Shown: piece by piece, positions 28,136-37,802 of the stretch
Layout: each line of letters opens with the position of its first letter
How positions within the stretch are numbered: the stretch's first letter is position 1
DNA from: Archaeoglobaceae archaeon
GTDB taxonomy: Archaea; Halobacteriota; Archaeoglobi; Archaeoglobales; Archaeoglobaceae
DNA: 64,000 nucleotides
Assembly: GCA_027064525.1 (NCBI GenBank)
Contig: JAMOPJ010000041.1
Coordinates: 19,690 to 83,689 of the forward strand
Direction: 5' to 3'
The notes under the pieces: generated by a model
Seen by the model: the letters and a program-made list of their open reading frames with translations, nothing else
Database searches by the model: none
What the model was told of the DNA's origin: nothing
Translations under genes and position numbers: made by a program

Positions 28136-28939
28136 ATGAGAATAATGTTTATTGCTTCCTTACTCGTCCTCGTAATGCTCATCCAACCCGCTTTAGCCTT
28201 AGATGTGGGAATTACCCCCGATTCTCCACTCTATCCGATAAAAAGGCTTTTAGAAAACTTGGATCTACTATTTACATTTGATGAAGTTTCTAAGGCTGAG
28301 AAGATGCTCAAGTATGCCAAACTTAGAATAGCCGAAGCGGAGAAGATGGCCGAAGAGGGAAAGAACGAATACGTTGGCGAACTCCTAAAGGATTATAACA
28401 GCTACCTGCAGAATGCTGTTGAGCTTATAAAATCGGCAAAGCCCAAGGATGCGCCGAAAATAGCAGAGCTGATAGTCAACGAATCGCTCATCAATCTCAA
28501 AGAACTTGACGAGCTATCCAAGGTGGTTAAGGGTGATGACGCTGAGTTGGCCAAAATGCTAACCATCAAGCAGGACGAACTTGCTATAGAAATATTGAAG
28601 GATATTGCCCCAGCCGATGCCTACAAGCTTACTCTGAGCCTAACGAACGGATTGCTGAAGATTGCAAACGAAAAAACGATGAAAGGTGAGGATGCTGATC
28701 TCCTACTTAAGGAGAGCGAGAGGCTGATGAAACAATCCGAAGAAATCCTAAAGAGGGCTGAAAAAACCAGAGGAATCCCGAATCCAGAGGATATAGTAGA
28801 GGAGATAAAGGAGATAATAGATGAAGCAACGAACATCTCGATAATCAAGAACCCAGAGGAGAGAAACGTTACAGTCGATATAATTGAAAAAGGTCTAAAG
28901 ATCTACAAAAAACTTGGAGTAGAGAGCGTCATTCAATAA
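28136..28939 (+). CDS. secreted Lys/Glu-rich helical protein (DUF5667-like N-terminus)
   Basis: Signal peptide MRIMFIASLLVLVMLIQPALA|LD, then TPDSPLYPIKRLLENL, then a long helical region. Confidence 0.5.
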   Translation: MRIMFIASLLVLVMLIQPALALDVGITPDSPLYPIKRLLENLDLLFTFDEVSKAEKMLKYAKLRIAEAEKMAEEGKNEYVGELLKDYNSYLQNAVELIKSAKPKDAPKIAELIVNESLINLKELDELSKVVKGDDAELAKMLTIKQDELAIEILKDIAPADAYKLTLSLTNGLLKIANEKTMKGEDADLLLKESERLMKQSEEILKRAEKTRGIPNPEDIVEEIKEIIDEATNISIIKNPEERNVTVDIIEKGLKIYKKLGVESVIQ

Positions 28940-30109
28940 TCAGAGGAAAAGATCCTTGAGATCCCAGAGCAGTTTGGGATGCCTCTTTATCAACTCCTTT
29001 ATCATCGCCTTGACACTTATCTCCTCAAGCTTGCAGTTAGCTAAGGTATGCATTATCTTGTTGAGCGTTTCGTCGTCCATTTTGATAAGCTTCTGCTGTA
29101 GCTTTCTCTTTCTGGCTAAATCCTTCCCAAAGTCGTTCTTCCAGAGCTCGTCATACCTCCTAAGTGTCTTTGCTGAGCAATCTCCCTTCTGGATGGCCTC
29201 AGCCGCAACGATTCCGGCGTAGTAGCCAGCCTTCATTGCGTTGGCAATTCCTCCCCCAGTGATCGGATCCGCATGCCTTGCAGCGTCTCCCACGAGCATA
29301 ACATTGTCAGCCACTGCGGTCTCTATTTCTCCCTTGACTGGCACCGCTCCAGCCACTACCTCCACGATCTTACCGTTCGAGTAGTTCCTCTCAACGAACT
29401 CGTCTAAATATTCTTTCGGAGATCTTTTTGCAAGAGATGGCATAACGCCTATTCCGACGTTTGCGGAGTTGTTGCCCTTCGGAAACAACCAAACGTAGCC
29501 ACCGGGAGCTATATTACTTCCAAACCAGAAATGGCAGTATTCAGGATCGAAGTCTATGCCCGTCATAAGATACTGAACGCAACTCTCGATTTCATTAAGC
29601 TTCAGAGTCGTGTCTATTCCGGCCCACTTGCCCACTCTGCTTTCAACGCCGTCGGCTCCGATCACTATCTTGCACCCCACCTCGAACTCTTCACCCATCC
29701 TTCTGAGCTTTACCTTTACACTATCTTTTGTTCTCTCCATTCCAATTGCGGTGGTTTTTACGATCACGTCCGCTCCAGCTTTTGCTGCAAGCCTTGCAAG
29801 ATGTCTGTCGAATATCTTCCTCTCCAAAACGTATCCTACCTCGTTTCCAGCCATCTCCTCTGTGAGAGTTATTTCCGTTCCGTCAGGAGCGTATATTTTA
29901 GCTCCGACGACTTCAGCGGCTATGAACTTCTTATCCACTTCGACGAATTTCTGCAGATCTTTTTTACCTATACCTTCAGCGCATCTAACCGGAGCGCCGA
30001 TTTCCTGCCTCTTTTCCACGAGCAAAACGCTCAAACCCCTTTCCGCACAAGTTTTAGCTGCTAAGCTTCCACCCGGCCCAGCTCCTATTACCACGACATC
30101 GTAGTTCAT
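28940..30109 (-). CDS. geranylgeranyl reductase family flavoprotein (digeranylgeranylglycerophospholipid reductase type)
   Basis: [31 protein letters not shown] and GDAA...DP.TGGGI. The ATG at 30109 overlaps the ferredoxin stop codon (ATGA). Confidence 0.85.
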   Translation of the reverse strand: MNYDVVVIGAGPGGSLAAKTCAERGLSVLLVEKRQEIGAPVRCAEGIGKKDLQKFVEVDKKFIAAEVVGAKIYAPDGTEITLTEEMAGNEVGYVLERKIFDRHLARLAAKAGADVIVKTTAIGMERTKDSVKVKLRRMGEEFEVGCKIVIGADGVESRVGKWAGIDTTLKLNEIESCVQYLMTGIDFDPEYCHFWFGSNIAPGGYVWLFPKGNNSANVGIGVMPSLAKRSPKEYLDEFVERNYSNGKIVEVVAGAVPVKGEIETAVADNVMLVGDAARHADPITGGGIANAMKAGYYAGIVAAEAIQKGDCSAKTLRRYDELWKNDFGKDLARKRKLQQKLIKMDDETLNKIMHTLANCKLEEISVKAMIKELIKRHPKLLWDLKDLFL

Positions 30110-30288
30110 GAAACCACCTCTAATGCGTTCATCGGACAAACCTTAACACAGATCCCGCAACCGTTGCACTTCTCCTCATCGATCACCAGAAAAGTCTCAA
30201 CGAGTTCATTTGCGTTGAATTTGCACACCGCAACGCAAGCACCGCAGTAAGCGCATCTGTATCGATTTACGACCACCCTCTTCGCCAT
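30106..30288 (-). CDS. 2x[4Fe-4S] ferredoxin
   Basis: [11 protein letters not shown] and [12 protein letters not shown]. Start taken at MAKRVVV (30288). Translationally coupled to the reductase gene. Confidence 0.8.
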   Translation of the reverse strand: MAKRVVVNRYRCAYCGACVAVCKFNANELVETFLVIDEEKCNGCGICVKVCPMNALEVVS

Positions 30289-30311
30289 GCTCCATACTCG
30301 ATCTTCGAATT

Positions 30312-30821
30312 TTAAGATTGTTGCCTTTCTATTCTGCAACCCTTGCAGTGAAGTATCTCCAAATACGTTATCAGAATTCTCTTGGCCTTCTCAAGCTTGT
30401 CCTCTGGAACATCCTTCCATTCGAGTTCGATGTTTTTCCTTGAAGGAATGCTCTCTCTTCCTTTCCCGATCGTTTCTCCGGTGTATGAATCCATGACTGT
30501 GGTATCGTCCCAGTCCGTCGCTATCGCAATCGGAGCGTTCAAAACCCTCGCACAGGCCAAAGCCAACCTTTCATACGGAATTAGCGAGGAAGGTGGAGCG
30601 CACATTATCACGATAGCGTTCTTCCCGTCTATCCTGATGAGTAGATCCGCCGTAGCCTTCGCAACTCCCTCTGGAATGTGAACGTCGAATTCGTAATCGA
30701 CGGTAATCTCATTAGGAGAATATCCCTTCTCTTCAACCAAAAATTTCTCTACATTCTGCCTGACCCTCTCCTTAGGCGTATCCCATAAGGCTAGACCCGT
30801 GATGTAGTCCCTGATAAACAT
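30312..30821 (-). CDS. stand-alone HsdR N-terminal-like (PD-(D/E)xK-type) domain protein
   Basis: DYITG......E.VRQ....FLVEEKGY..NEI.V......ADLLI...GK..IVI matches the HSDR_N_2 pattern. No helicase or methylase partner is nearby. Confidence 0.55.
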   Translation of the reverse strand: MFIRDYITGLALWDTPKERVRQNVEKFLVEEKGYSPNEITVDYEFDVHIPEGVAKATADLLIRIDGKNAIVIMCAPPSSLIPYERLALACARVLNAPIAIATDWDDTTVMDSYTGETIGKGRESIPSRKNIELEWKDVPEDKLEKAKRILITYLEILHCKGCRIERQQS

Positions 30822-30845
30822 GGATCTATGTTGGTGTGCTCGCTT

Positions 30846-31820
30846 TTAAGGTTTAGCCTCTACTCTCTTGGGCACCTCTACCTCCTTAAGCACATCCTCA
30901 ACGACCTTCTCGGCCCTCATTCCTTCGATCGCATACTCCACATCAAGTATGATCCTATGGGCCAACGCCTCCTTCGCGACCCTCTTAACATCGTCAGGAA
31001 TTACGAAGTCCCTCCCATCCATGCACGCCAGAGCTCTCGACAGCTTTAGCAAGGCTAGTCCTCCTCTCGGACTCGAACCTATCTCCACCATCTCGTGTCT
31101 CCTCGTAGCCCTCACAAGCTCCGCTATATACCTCAGAATGCTCTCATCGACGTATATCCTTTCCACGACCATCTGCATCTCTCTAAATTCTTTCAGGCTT
31201 ACGACTGGACGGATGTCATCTGTAGGATCGTCCTTCATCCAAGCTATCCTCCTCCTCAATATCTCCATCTCGTCCTCGACATCCTTCGGATATCCGGGAC
31301 TCATCCTGATTAGAAATCGATCCATCTGAGCTTCCGGCAACGGATAAGTCCCCTCCTGCTCTATCGGGTTTTGAGTTGCTATGACGAAGAACGGCTCCTC
31401 GAGCTTGAAAGTCTCACCTTCGATCGTAACTTGACGCTCCTCCATAGCCTCAAGCAGAGCCGCTTGAGTCTTCGGTGGACTTCTGTTTATCTCATCGGCC
31501 AACAGAATGTGTGTGAAGATTGGCCCCTTGACGAGCTCGAAGTGATCGCCTCTCCAAACCTTAGTTCCGATTATATCTGCTGGCAGCAAATCTGGTGTGA
31601 ACTGAATTCGCTTGTATTCCGCCCCTATGACCTTCGCGAAGGCCTTAGCAAGGAGCGTTTTACCCAATCCGGGGTAGTCCTCAAAGAGGACGTTTCCGTT
31701 GCAGAGGCAGGATGCAAGCATCTTCTCTATTAGATCCCTCTCCCCGACGTAAACTTCGCAGATTGCAGAAACTATCTCATCACACTTCCCTCTAAACGTT
31801 TCAAGATCCAAACTCGACAC
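30846..31820 (-). CDS. MoxR-family AAA+ ATPase
   Basis: NVLFEDYPGLGKT (Walker A), RIQFTPDLLPADIIG, LLADEINR (Walker B), ATQNP.E.EGTYPLPEAQ.DRF. Confidence 0.9.
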   Translation of the reverse strand: MSSLDLETFRGKCDEIVSAICEVYVGERDLIEKMLASCLCNGNVLFEDYPGLGKTLLAKAFAKVIGAEYKRIQFTPDLLPADIIGTKVWRGDHFELVKGPIFTHILLADEINRSPPKTQAALLEAMEERQVTIEGETFKLEEPFFVIATQNPIEQEGTYPLPEAQMDRFLIRMSPGYPKDVEDEMEILRRRIAWMKDDPTDDIRPVVSLKEFREMQMVVERIYVDESILRYIAELVRATRRHEMVEIGSSPRGGLALLKLSRALACMDGRDFVIPDDVKRVAKEALAHRIILDVEYAIEGMRAEKVVEDVLKEVEVPKRVEAKP

Positions 31821-32805
31821 CCTCCTTCTTCAAATAATTTTCCAAACTTTTTATAACTTCTTCTCTTCTCTTTTTATTTCTATTCTCTATAAACTTTCTC
31901 TCCCAGCCGAACGCAAGCTTCGGTATCTTCTCATCCTCATGTGAAACTATGAAGGAGATCACTCTCGCCACATCGTCAAGCCTCCATCCAGCTGAGATAA
32001 GAACTTGAGAGATCACGGCAATCAATGGGGATTTTAGTCCATTCTCTATGAACTCCTTCTTGGCCTTCTCGACGCTCTCGATTATCTCCTCCTTCTTGAG
32101 GCTAACCTTGAACTCGTGGATCTTTACGAGCTCACTCTCATCGACGACCATGCTCCTCCTGAGGATCGAACTGGCTCTGAAAAACACTCCCACAACTATG
32201 AGCCAGTCGATGAAGTTGATCAAACCCGGTCGATCAAAGAGTAAAGGACGAACGAGTGTGAAGTAAACCGAAACTATCAGTGTCGTCGTTATTACGAAAG
32301 ATCTGATGTGCCTTAGAAACTCAAATCTTTCATGAATCGAAGGCAGTAAAGTGGTTACCGCAAGCAGAACGAGCAGAATTGCGAATATTATCCCTATCTT
32401 CCCGGCCTGTTTAAAGGGAAGCATCGATATCAGCTGATACCCAAAGAAGGCCGAAAGCAAAAGTCCCGTCGTGGTTATGACAGGCTGAAATCTTATCGGT
32501 AACTCGAATTTAACCAAAGCGAGCGAAAGCAGAAAAGGAAGTATGTGAGGTTCGACCGGTTTAATATACAATCCAACATCCGGTAAGTTTATCGAAACGA
32601 CCCTTAAAGCCAAGTAAACAGAAATAGCAACTACAAAGGGTCTGAATGCTGAGATCAGACTGTGAAACCCCATTACCTCGTAAGCTATGTAGAGGATATA
32701 CATGGCTATGAGGAACTCTATCCCCTTCAAAGTGTAAAAGCTACTCCCAGCCAACGTTACGAGAATCAAGATCGTTGCAAGAATTATCCCACCTATTTTG
32801 CGCAC
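31801..32805 (-). CDS. polytopic membrane protein with cytoplasmic C-terminal domain (unknown family)
   Basis: About 7 hydrophobic segments followed by a charged tail of about 130 aa. Overlaps both the transglutaminase gene (13 nt) and the MoxR gene (20 nt). Confidence 0.5.
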   Translation of the reverse strand: MRKIGGIILATILILVTLAGSSFYTLKGIEFLIAMYILYIAYEVMGFHSLISAFRPFVVAISVYLALRVVSINLPDVGLYIKPVEPHILPFLLSLALVKFELPIRFQPVITTTGLLLSAFFGYQLISMLPFKQAGKIGIIFAILLVLLAVTTLLPSIHERFEFLRHIRSFVITTTLIVSVYFTLVRPLLFDRPGLINFIDWLIVVGVFFRASSILRRSMVVDESELVKIHEFKVSLKKEEIIESVEKAKKEFIENGLKSPLIAVISQVLISAGWRLDDVARVISFIVSHEDEKIPKLAFGWERKFIENRNKKRREEVIKSLENYLKKEGVEFGS

Positions 32806-35354
32806 GACAACACCTCCCGATAATCCTTAAAAGCTTCGATAAAGTCAGATCGACTGAATCCCCTCCGGTTTCCATACTTGTATAGCTCGAACAGCCTAAG
32901 CAAGAGATCCGCCCTGCATGGCTTTAGCATTCCTATTACCTCTCTCGGCGTCGCATCCTTCAGATCGATCTTCTTCATCTTCTCAACCCTTGCCACGAGA
33001 TTCTTGAAGATCTCAGCTATCGCCTTCCCGTAATCATCTACGATCCTTATTCTGACCTCCTTCACCTTTCCGTCCTTCATCCTCTCAACCCTTATGATGT
33101 GTTCACCTTCCTCATCGAATCTAACCGAATTACCTTCGAACGGCTTTCCATCAACGAAAACCCTGTAGCTGTCCTTGCTCTCCACTCTGAACCTTATCTC
33201 CTCTCCAACCTTCCAGATCAGCGGAAGATTTTCAATTTCGGTTTCGACGACTATCCTTAGACTTCCCCGTATTGATTTAAAGTAGTAGAGACCGATAACC
33301 AAGCATATCGGAATTAAGAGAAGCCAGAAGGGAAAATGAACTTCGTAAACGAGTTTTGCCGGAGGATGGAATTCGTCACCGGGATAGTAGATCTCGAACT
33401 TCGAGCCGGATGTGTTGATCCTCGCAACTCCGTTCTCAAGTCTGTAGCTCTTTCCATTTATTATTATCCTTCCGTCGAGCGTATTTCCAACTTCGTCCTT
33501 CACGTTTACATTAAGGATGCCGCTCTCGTAGCTTGCCGAGATCTTAACTCCTGAAATCGACTTCAGCATGACGATCTTGTTGTATCCGAACACGTCGAAT
33601 TCGACCGGAATCATTCCTACGTTCTCGGGTTTCACCTTAAACCTAAGGATGCCTCTTCCATCCGTCTTAGCAAAGATTTCTCCTCCCTGCCATAATATTC
33701 GAACGCTTTCGTTTTTGATCGGCTTTCCGTTGAAGAGTATAGCCGCAACGATTTGGTTTTCTTTTCCAGCCCAAACCGTTGCGTTCGAAAGTATAACATC
33801 GATGTCTCCGGCTTCGACCTTCTTCTTGTAACTCATCGGCAGTATGAACTTCGAGCCGGGGTAGAACAGCTCTATTTCGTGCTCACCTTTAGAAAGCCGA
33901 ACGAACGCCAAGAAGTAACCTTTAACATCTGTCTTCGTCTCATCGTAAACTACGCCATCGACCTTAACTATCACCCTCGCATTGGCAATTCCCGTCCCAT
34001 TGTAATCCAAAAGCCTACCCCTTATCGTCAAATTCGTCGAAACCTTGTCTGGAATTTTGACGTCGAAGTGAGGGGGACTGTAGATCTTTATTATCGGGTC
34101 GCTCCAAGATGGAAGATAGGCCAAGCTACCGACGTAGTGAGCTAAAACATGATATTCTCCAACCAAATCGGGAGCTGTGACGTTCACTTTGAAGTGTCCG
34201 TTTTTAAACGGCGCCAACTTCAGCAGTATTCCTTTCTCATCCTCCTTCCTCTTCTTCAAATAAATCTCGACGTATCCGTCGATCGGCTTCCCGTCTTTCG
34301 TCTTAACGTAGCCTTCGACGGTGAAGTTCTGACCCTTCTCAACGACATCCTTTACCTTCGTGATTTCGGTGATCGTAGGAACTCTTACGGGCGAAGGGGT
34401 CGGATCGAACTCCATCCATCCCTCCTCAAACTTCACCTCCGCCCAAGCGTGAGCCTGAGATGCGAAGACCGTCTGATTTTGCGGTATCGGTTCGGCGAGA
34501 TATCCGACTACAAGCCTCGCCGGAATTCCGATGGAGTTACACATTATGACGAAAGCTGAAGCAAAGTGCTTGCAGATGCCCCTCTTCTCCCTAAATAGAA
34601 ACCAGTAAATCGGATCCTCATTGGCGGGAATCGTGTATGTTGGGTCGTATCTGTAGTGCTTCTTAAGAAATTCCTGAATAAGCAGAGCCTTCTCGTAGTC
34701 GTTCTTAGCGTTCTTCGTCACCTCCAAGGCGAGCTGTCTTATGGCATTGTATTCGTTCGGTTTCATCTCTATCTTCGCAAACCCCTCCTTCGCAACTTTC
34801 GTCGCGTTTAGCTTGTAGGCTGTTGAAACGGCAAAGTATGGCTCGTCACACGATGTAATTAGGAACATTCCAGTGCTCATGTTGAACTTAGCATTTATTG
34901 AAACGTAGCACGTATCTTTAGAAACGGGAATGTGAACTTTGAAGGGAACGATTGGTGTTACCTTGTATCTGGTTACATGCGGAGACAAAGAGAGCTCTGG
35001 CCTGTCGGTGTAGCTGACGTTGTCTTCGATCCAAACCCCGTTGGCATATGTTGAGGCCGTATACAGCCTCATATGGTTAGTGTATGCGTTAAGTCCTTCT
35101 ACGAAGTAGATCGGAAGCTGTGGAGGGTTGCTGAAGTTCTTAAGATTGCACATGTTCGATTTTGTGAACGTGGCGGGGAGCTTTCTTATCTCATCCCACT
35201 TCTGATTTCCTTCCCCAGCCTGCTTTTCAAAAGGTCCAGCACCTATAAAACCTTCAAAACCCGTCTTGCTGAAGTTTAGAGAAGAGATGAAGCTGAGTAG
35301 AAACGCCAAACCGACTATGAGCAAAACCAAACCTGCAATTTTTCTAATAAGCAT
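32793..35354 (-). CDS. transglutaminase-like membrane protein with Ig-like repeats and DUF4129-like tail
   Basis: N-terminal TM segment and a Cys-His-Asp core (RGICKHFASAFV, QAHAWAEV, FDPT). Beta-sandwich repeats follow, then a second TM (FPFWLLLIPICLVIGLYYF) and a C-terminal ...TPREVIGML...LFELYKYG tail. Start taken at MLIRK (35354). Confidence 0.8.
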   Translation of the reverse strand: MLIRKIAGLVLLIVGLAFLLSFISSLNFSKTGFEGFIGAGPFEKQAGEGNQKWDEIRKLPATFTKSNMCNLKNFSNPPQLPIYFVEGLNAYTNHMRLYTASTYANGVWIEDNVSYTDRPELSLSPHVTRYKVTPIVPFKVHIPVSKDTCYVSINAKFNMSTGMFLITSCDEPYFAVSTAYKLNATKVAKEGFAKIEMKPNEYNAIRQLALEVTKNAKNDYEKALLIQEFLKKHYRYDPTYTIPANEDPIYWFLFREKRGICKHFASAFVIMCNSIGIPARLVVGYLAEPIPQNQTVFASQAHAWAEVKFEEGWMEFDPTPSPVRVPTITEITKVKDVVEKGQNFTVEGYVKTKDGKPIDGYVEIYLKKRKEDEKGILLKLAPFKNGHFKVNVTAPDLVGEYHVLAHYVGSLAYLPSWSDPIIKIYSPPHFDVKIPDKVSTNLTIRGRLLDYNGTGIANARVIVKVDGVVYDETKTDVKGYFLAFVRLSKGEHEIELFYPGSKFILPMSYKKKVEAGDIDVILSNATVWAGKENQIVAAILFNGKPIKNESVRILWQGGEIFAKTDGRGILRFKVKPENVGMIPVEFDVFGYNKIVMLKSISGVKISASYESGILNVNVKDEVGNTLDGRIIINGKSYRLENGVARINTSGSKFEIYYPGDEFHPPAKLVYEVHFPFWLLLIPICLVIGLYYFKSIRGSLRIVVETEIENLPLIWKVGEEIRFRVESKDSYRVFVDGKPFEGNSVRFDEEGEHIIRVERMKDGKVKEVRIRIVDDYGKAIAEIFKNLVARVEKMKKIDLKDATPREVIGMLKPCRADLLLRLFELYKYGNRRGFSRSDFIEAFKDYREVLSCAK

Positions 35355-35383
35355 GATGTTGCATATTCGTTTTGATCGGGATA

Positions 35384-36355
35384 TTAAATTTGTGATCGAA
35401 TTTCGGCTCCTGAGTTCCTCGCCTTCGTTACGAGCGTTTCGCAACCCAAGCCTCGCTCGTTGAAATACGATTCGAGATCCCCCGCAATCCTTTTAGCGTT
35501 CGAATCCGTGATCGCATATATGGCCGGGCCGGTTGAACTCATGCCAACCGCTTTCGTCTCTTCTATGCAGCTCATAGCATCTCTGATAATGTTCCCGTAT
35601 CTATCCACCTCTGCCTTCTTGAAACCCAAATGCTGGATATTCCATACAGCCTCGCCAAACTCGTCCAAATCTTCTTCCACGACGGCCGGAAGTAGTTTCA
35701 TCAGAATGATATGACAGAGCTCTCTGACCTCCTCAAGCGGGATCGGGCAGACCTCCTTAAAGAGGTTTACCTCTCTTACCCCGTAGAACCCCGTCAGTTC
35801 GGGAATCGCTATGACGATGTCCCAATTCGGAAAATCACGCCTGACTATAACCGGAGCCGGCTTGGCTTTGCTCGCAGAGGATGGCAAAAATTCCGGCTTC
35901 TCCTTTTTCGAATGTCCACCGTCAACTATGAACCCTCCGAACTCGAAAGCGGCTACGCCAATTCCAGAAGTTCCACCCCTTCCAACCAAATAGGCGAGCT
36001 CTCTAACGCTAAATCCTAAATCATACAATTCGTTGAAAGCAGTTGCAACTGCCAAGCTTATCTGAGTTCCACTTCCCAATCCCACATGCGCTTTGTAGTC
36101 TGAAAGAACATTTATCCTTATCCCCTTCCCAAATCTATCGGCTAGCGATTTCGCTACGGTTTTAAACCTGTCCAAATTCAAACATTTCCCTTCGACAACC
36201 ACCTCATCACATTCTTCGGCGACTATCTCGACGAACGGCTCTTCGAGGGCCAAGCCTACTCCACCATCTATCCTACCCAAACTTCCGTTAAGATCGATCA
36301 GCGTGATGTGGATCCTCGAGGGCGTTTTTATCTTCATCCGAATCCCAATGCTCAT
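35384..36355 (-). CDS. mptG: beta-ribofuranosylaminobenzene 5'-phosphate (beta-RFAP) synthase, GHMP-kinase fold
   Basis: KTPSRIHITLIDLNGSLGRIDGGVGLAL, VGLGSGTQ and GGTSGIG resemble MJ1427-type RFAP synthase. An alternative start is at 36337. Confidence 0.8.
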   Translation of the reverse strand: MSIGIRMKIKTPSRIHITLIDLNGSLGRIDGGVGLALEEPFVEIVAEECDEVVVEGKCLNLDRFKTVAKSLADRFGKGIRINVLSDYKAHVGLGSGTQISLAVATAFNELYDLGFSVRELAYLVGRGGTSGIGVAAFEFGGFIVDGGHSKKEKPEFLPSSASKAKPAPVIVRRDFPNWDIVIAIPELTGFYGVREVNLFKEVCPIPLEEVRELCHIILMKLLPAVVEEDLDEFGEAVWNIQHLGFKKAEVDRYGNIIRDAMSCIEETKAVGMSSTGPAIYAITDSNAKRIAGDLESYFNERGLGCETLVTKARNSGAEIRSQI

Positions 36356-36370
36356 TGAAGTTTTAAATAA

Positions 36371-36964
36371 TTAATCGTTCACTTTGAGTTCCATCTCTCT
36401 CAGATAGTTTTTAAACTTCAAGTCTACCACAATCGCCTTGGGAGCTATCGTCGGCATCTCGTAGCCGGTAAGAAGTCTCAAAACCTCACAAGCCTGAACC
36501 GAGCAGGTTAGAGAGTAGCTCAAAGGATCGAACTCCATCTTCGGTCTTTCAACTTCGAAGAAAGAGACTCCATCAGGCAAAAAGGTCGTTATGAAGTTCG
36601 GCATGAACGGAACTCCTAATTCTTCGGCGATTCTCGCAGAAACATCTAAATGTTTATGAGCTATAACCAAATCGACTCCTCTCAACTGTTTTTTCATCTC
36701 CCCGTAGTCTTCGGTGTATGGATACGAGATCACATTCGTTTCTTCGATCGGATGAACGACATCGTAGTCGTTCGCATCGAGCTTTCTGAGGGTGACATCT
36801 ATCCTCACGTCGTTCGGAGTTACGAAGTCTCCGATGTATCGTATGCAACCGACCCCCATACGCCATAGGAGTTCCATCATCATTCTACTACCTACGACAC
36901 CGATGCTGAACCTGCTGAGGTATTCGATTTTCGGCTGGCCGATAATTTCATGCCAAAATATCAT
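36371..36964 (-). CDS. ThiF/MoeB (E1-like) fold protein with degenerate nucleotide-binding loop
   Basis: Collinear with ThiF/MoeB. LSRFSIGVVGSRMMMELLWRMGVGCIRYIGD sits where V.VVGAGGLGS....LA.AGVG.I.LVD is expected. It also has VDLVIA...D...R and a late QACEVLRLLTG. The GxGxxG motif is absent. Confidence 0.45.
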   Translation of the reverse strand: MIFWHEIIGQPKIEYLSRFSIGVVGSRMMMELLWRMGVGCIRYIGDFVTPNDVRIDVTLRKLDANDYDVVHPIEETNVISYPYTEDYGEMKKQLRGVDLVIAHKHLDVSARIAEELGVPFMPNFITTFLPDGVSFFEVERPKMEFDPLSYSLTCSVQACEVLRLLTGYEMPTIAPKAIVVDLKFKNYLREMELKVND

Positions 36965-37035
36965 CGGTTGAAGTTTGAGTGAGAGGATTAAAGCCTAACG
37001 AAAATCCAATTAGGCGGTGGGTTGAACCATAGACC

Positions 37036-37762
37036 ATGAAGATCTTCGATACGCACATTCACTCCGAAGGGAGGAGTGTAGAGGATTTGGAGAAGATGAC
37101 AAAGGAGGGAATAGCGAAAGCTATTACCTGCGCATTTTATCCGATCGAGCCAAAGTTTCCAGAAACTCTCATAGACCTCTTCAGAAAGCTCACGACTTTT
37201 GAGGTTGAGAGGGGAAGATCGGCAGGTATGGAGATATATCCGGCGATAGGCGTTCATCCGAGGTGTATCTCTCCGAACTACGAAAAGACTATTGAAAGCA
37301 TGGAGGAGATCGAGTGCGTAGCCTTCGGTGAGATTGGACTTGAAATCGCGAACGATTTGGAGGTTGAAGGGCTAAGAGAGCAGTTAAAGCTTGCTAAAAG
37401 CCTCGACAAGCCGTGCATTATTCATACTCCAAGAAAAAATAAGGTAGAAGATTCTGAAAATATTGAAAGATGTCGGTTTTTTGGCGGTAATCGATCATGC
37501 AACCAAGGAAACCGTTAAAGTAATCTTAGATGCCGGCTACTATGCGGGCTTGACCGTTCAAATCGGAAAGCTGAGTGCTGAAAATGTTTACGAGATTGTC
37601 TCCGAATTCGGCTTTGAAAGGTTCGTTTTAAACAGCGATACTGGCTTCGACAAGGCTGATATGTTCGCAACTGCTAAAGCGGTTAGATTTTTGAAGGGGA
37701 TCGAAAAATCGGATATAGAAAAATTGGCCGCAAAGAACGCTATTAAACTGTTCAGACTTTAA
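37036..37762 (+). pseudogene. TatD-family metal-dependent hydrolase, reading frame interrupted near 37441-37450
   Basis: ORF 37036-37518 (FDTHIHSEG...GEIGLE...IIHTPRKNKVE) and ORF 37463-37762 (open from 37448: KILKILKDVGFLAVIDHA...NSDTG) are the N- and C-terminal parts of one TatD-like protein in frames offset by +1. Confidence 0.6.
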
Positions 37763-37802
37763 TGGCCTAACTCTAAAAATTATTTTTAGGACAAAATAAA
37801 TA

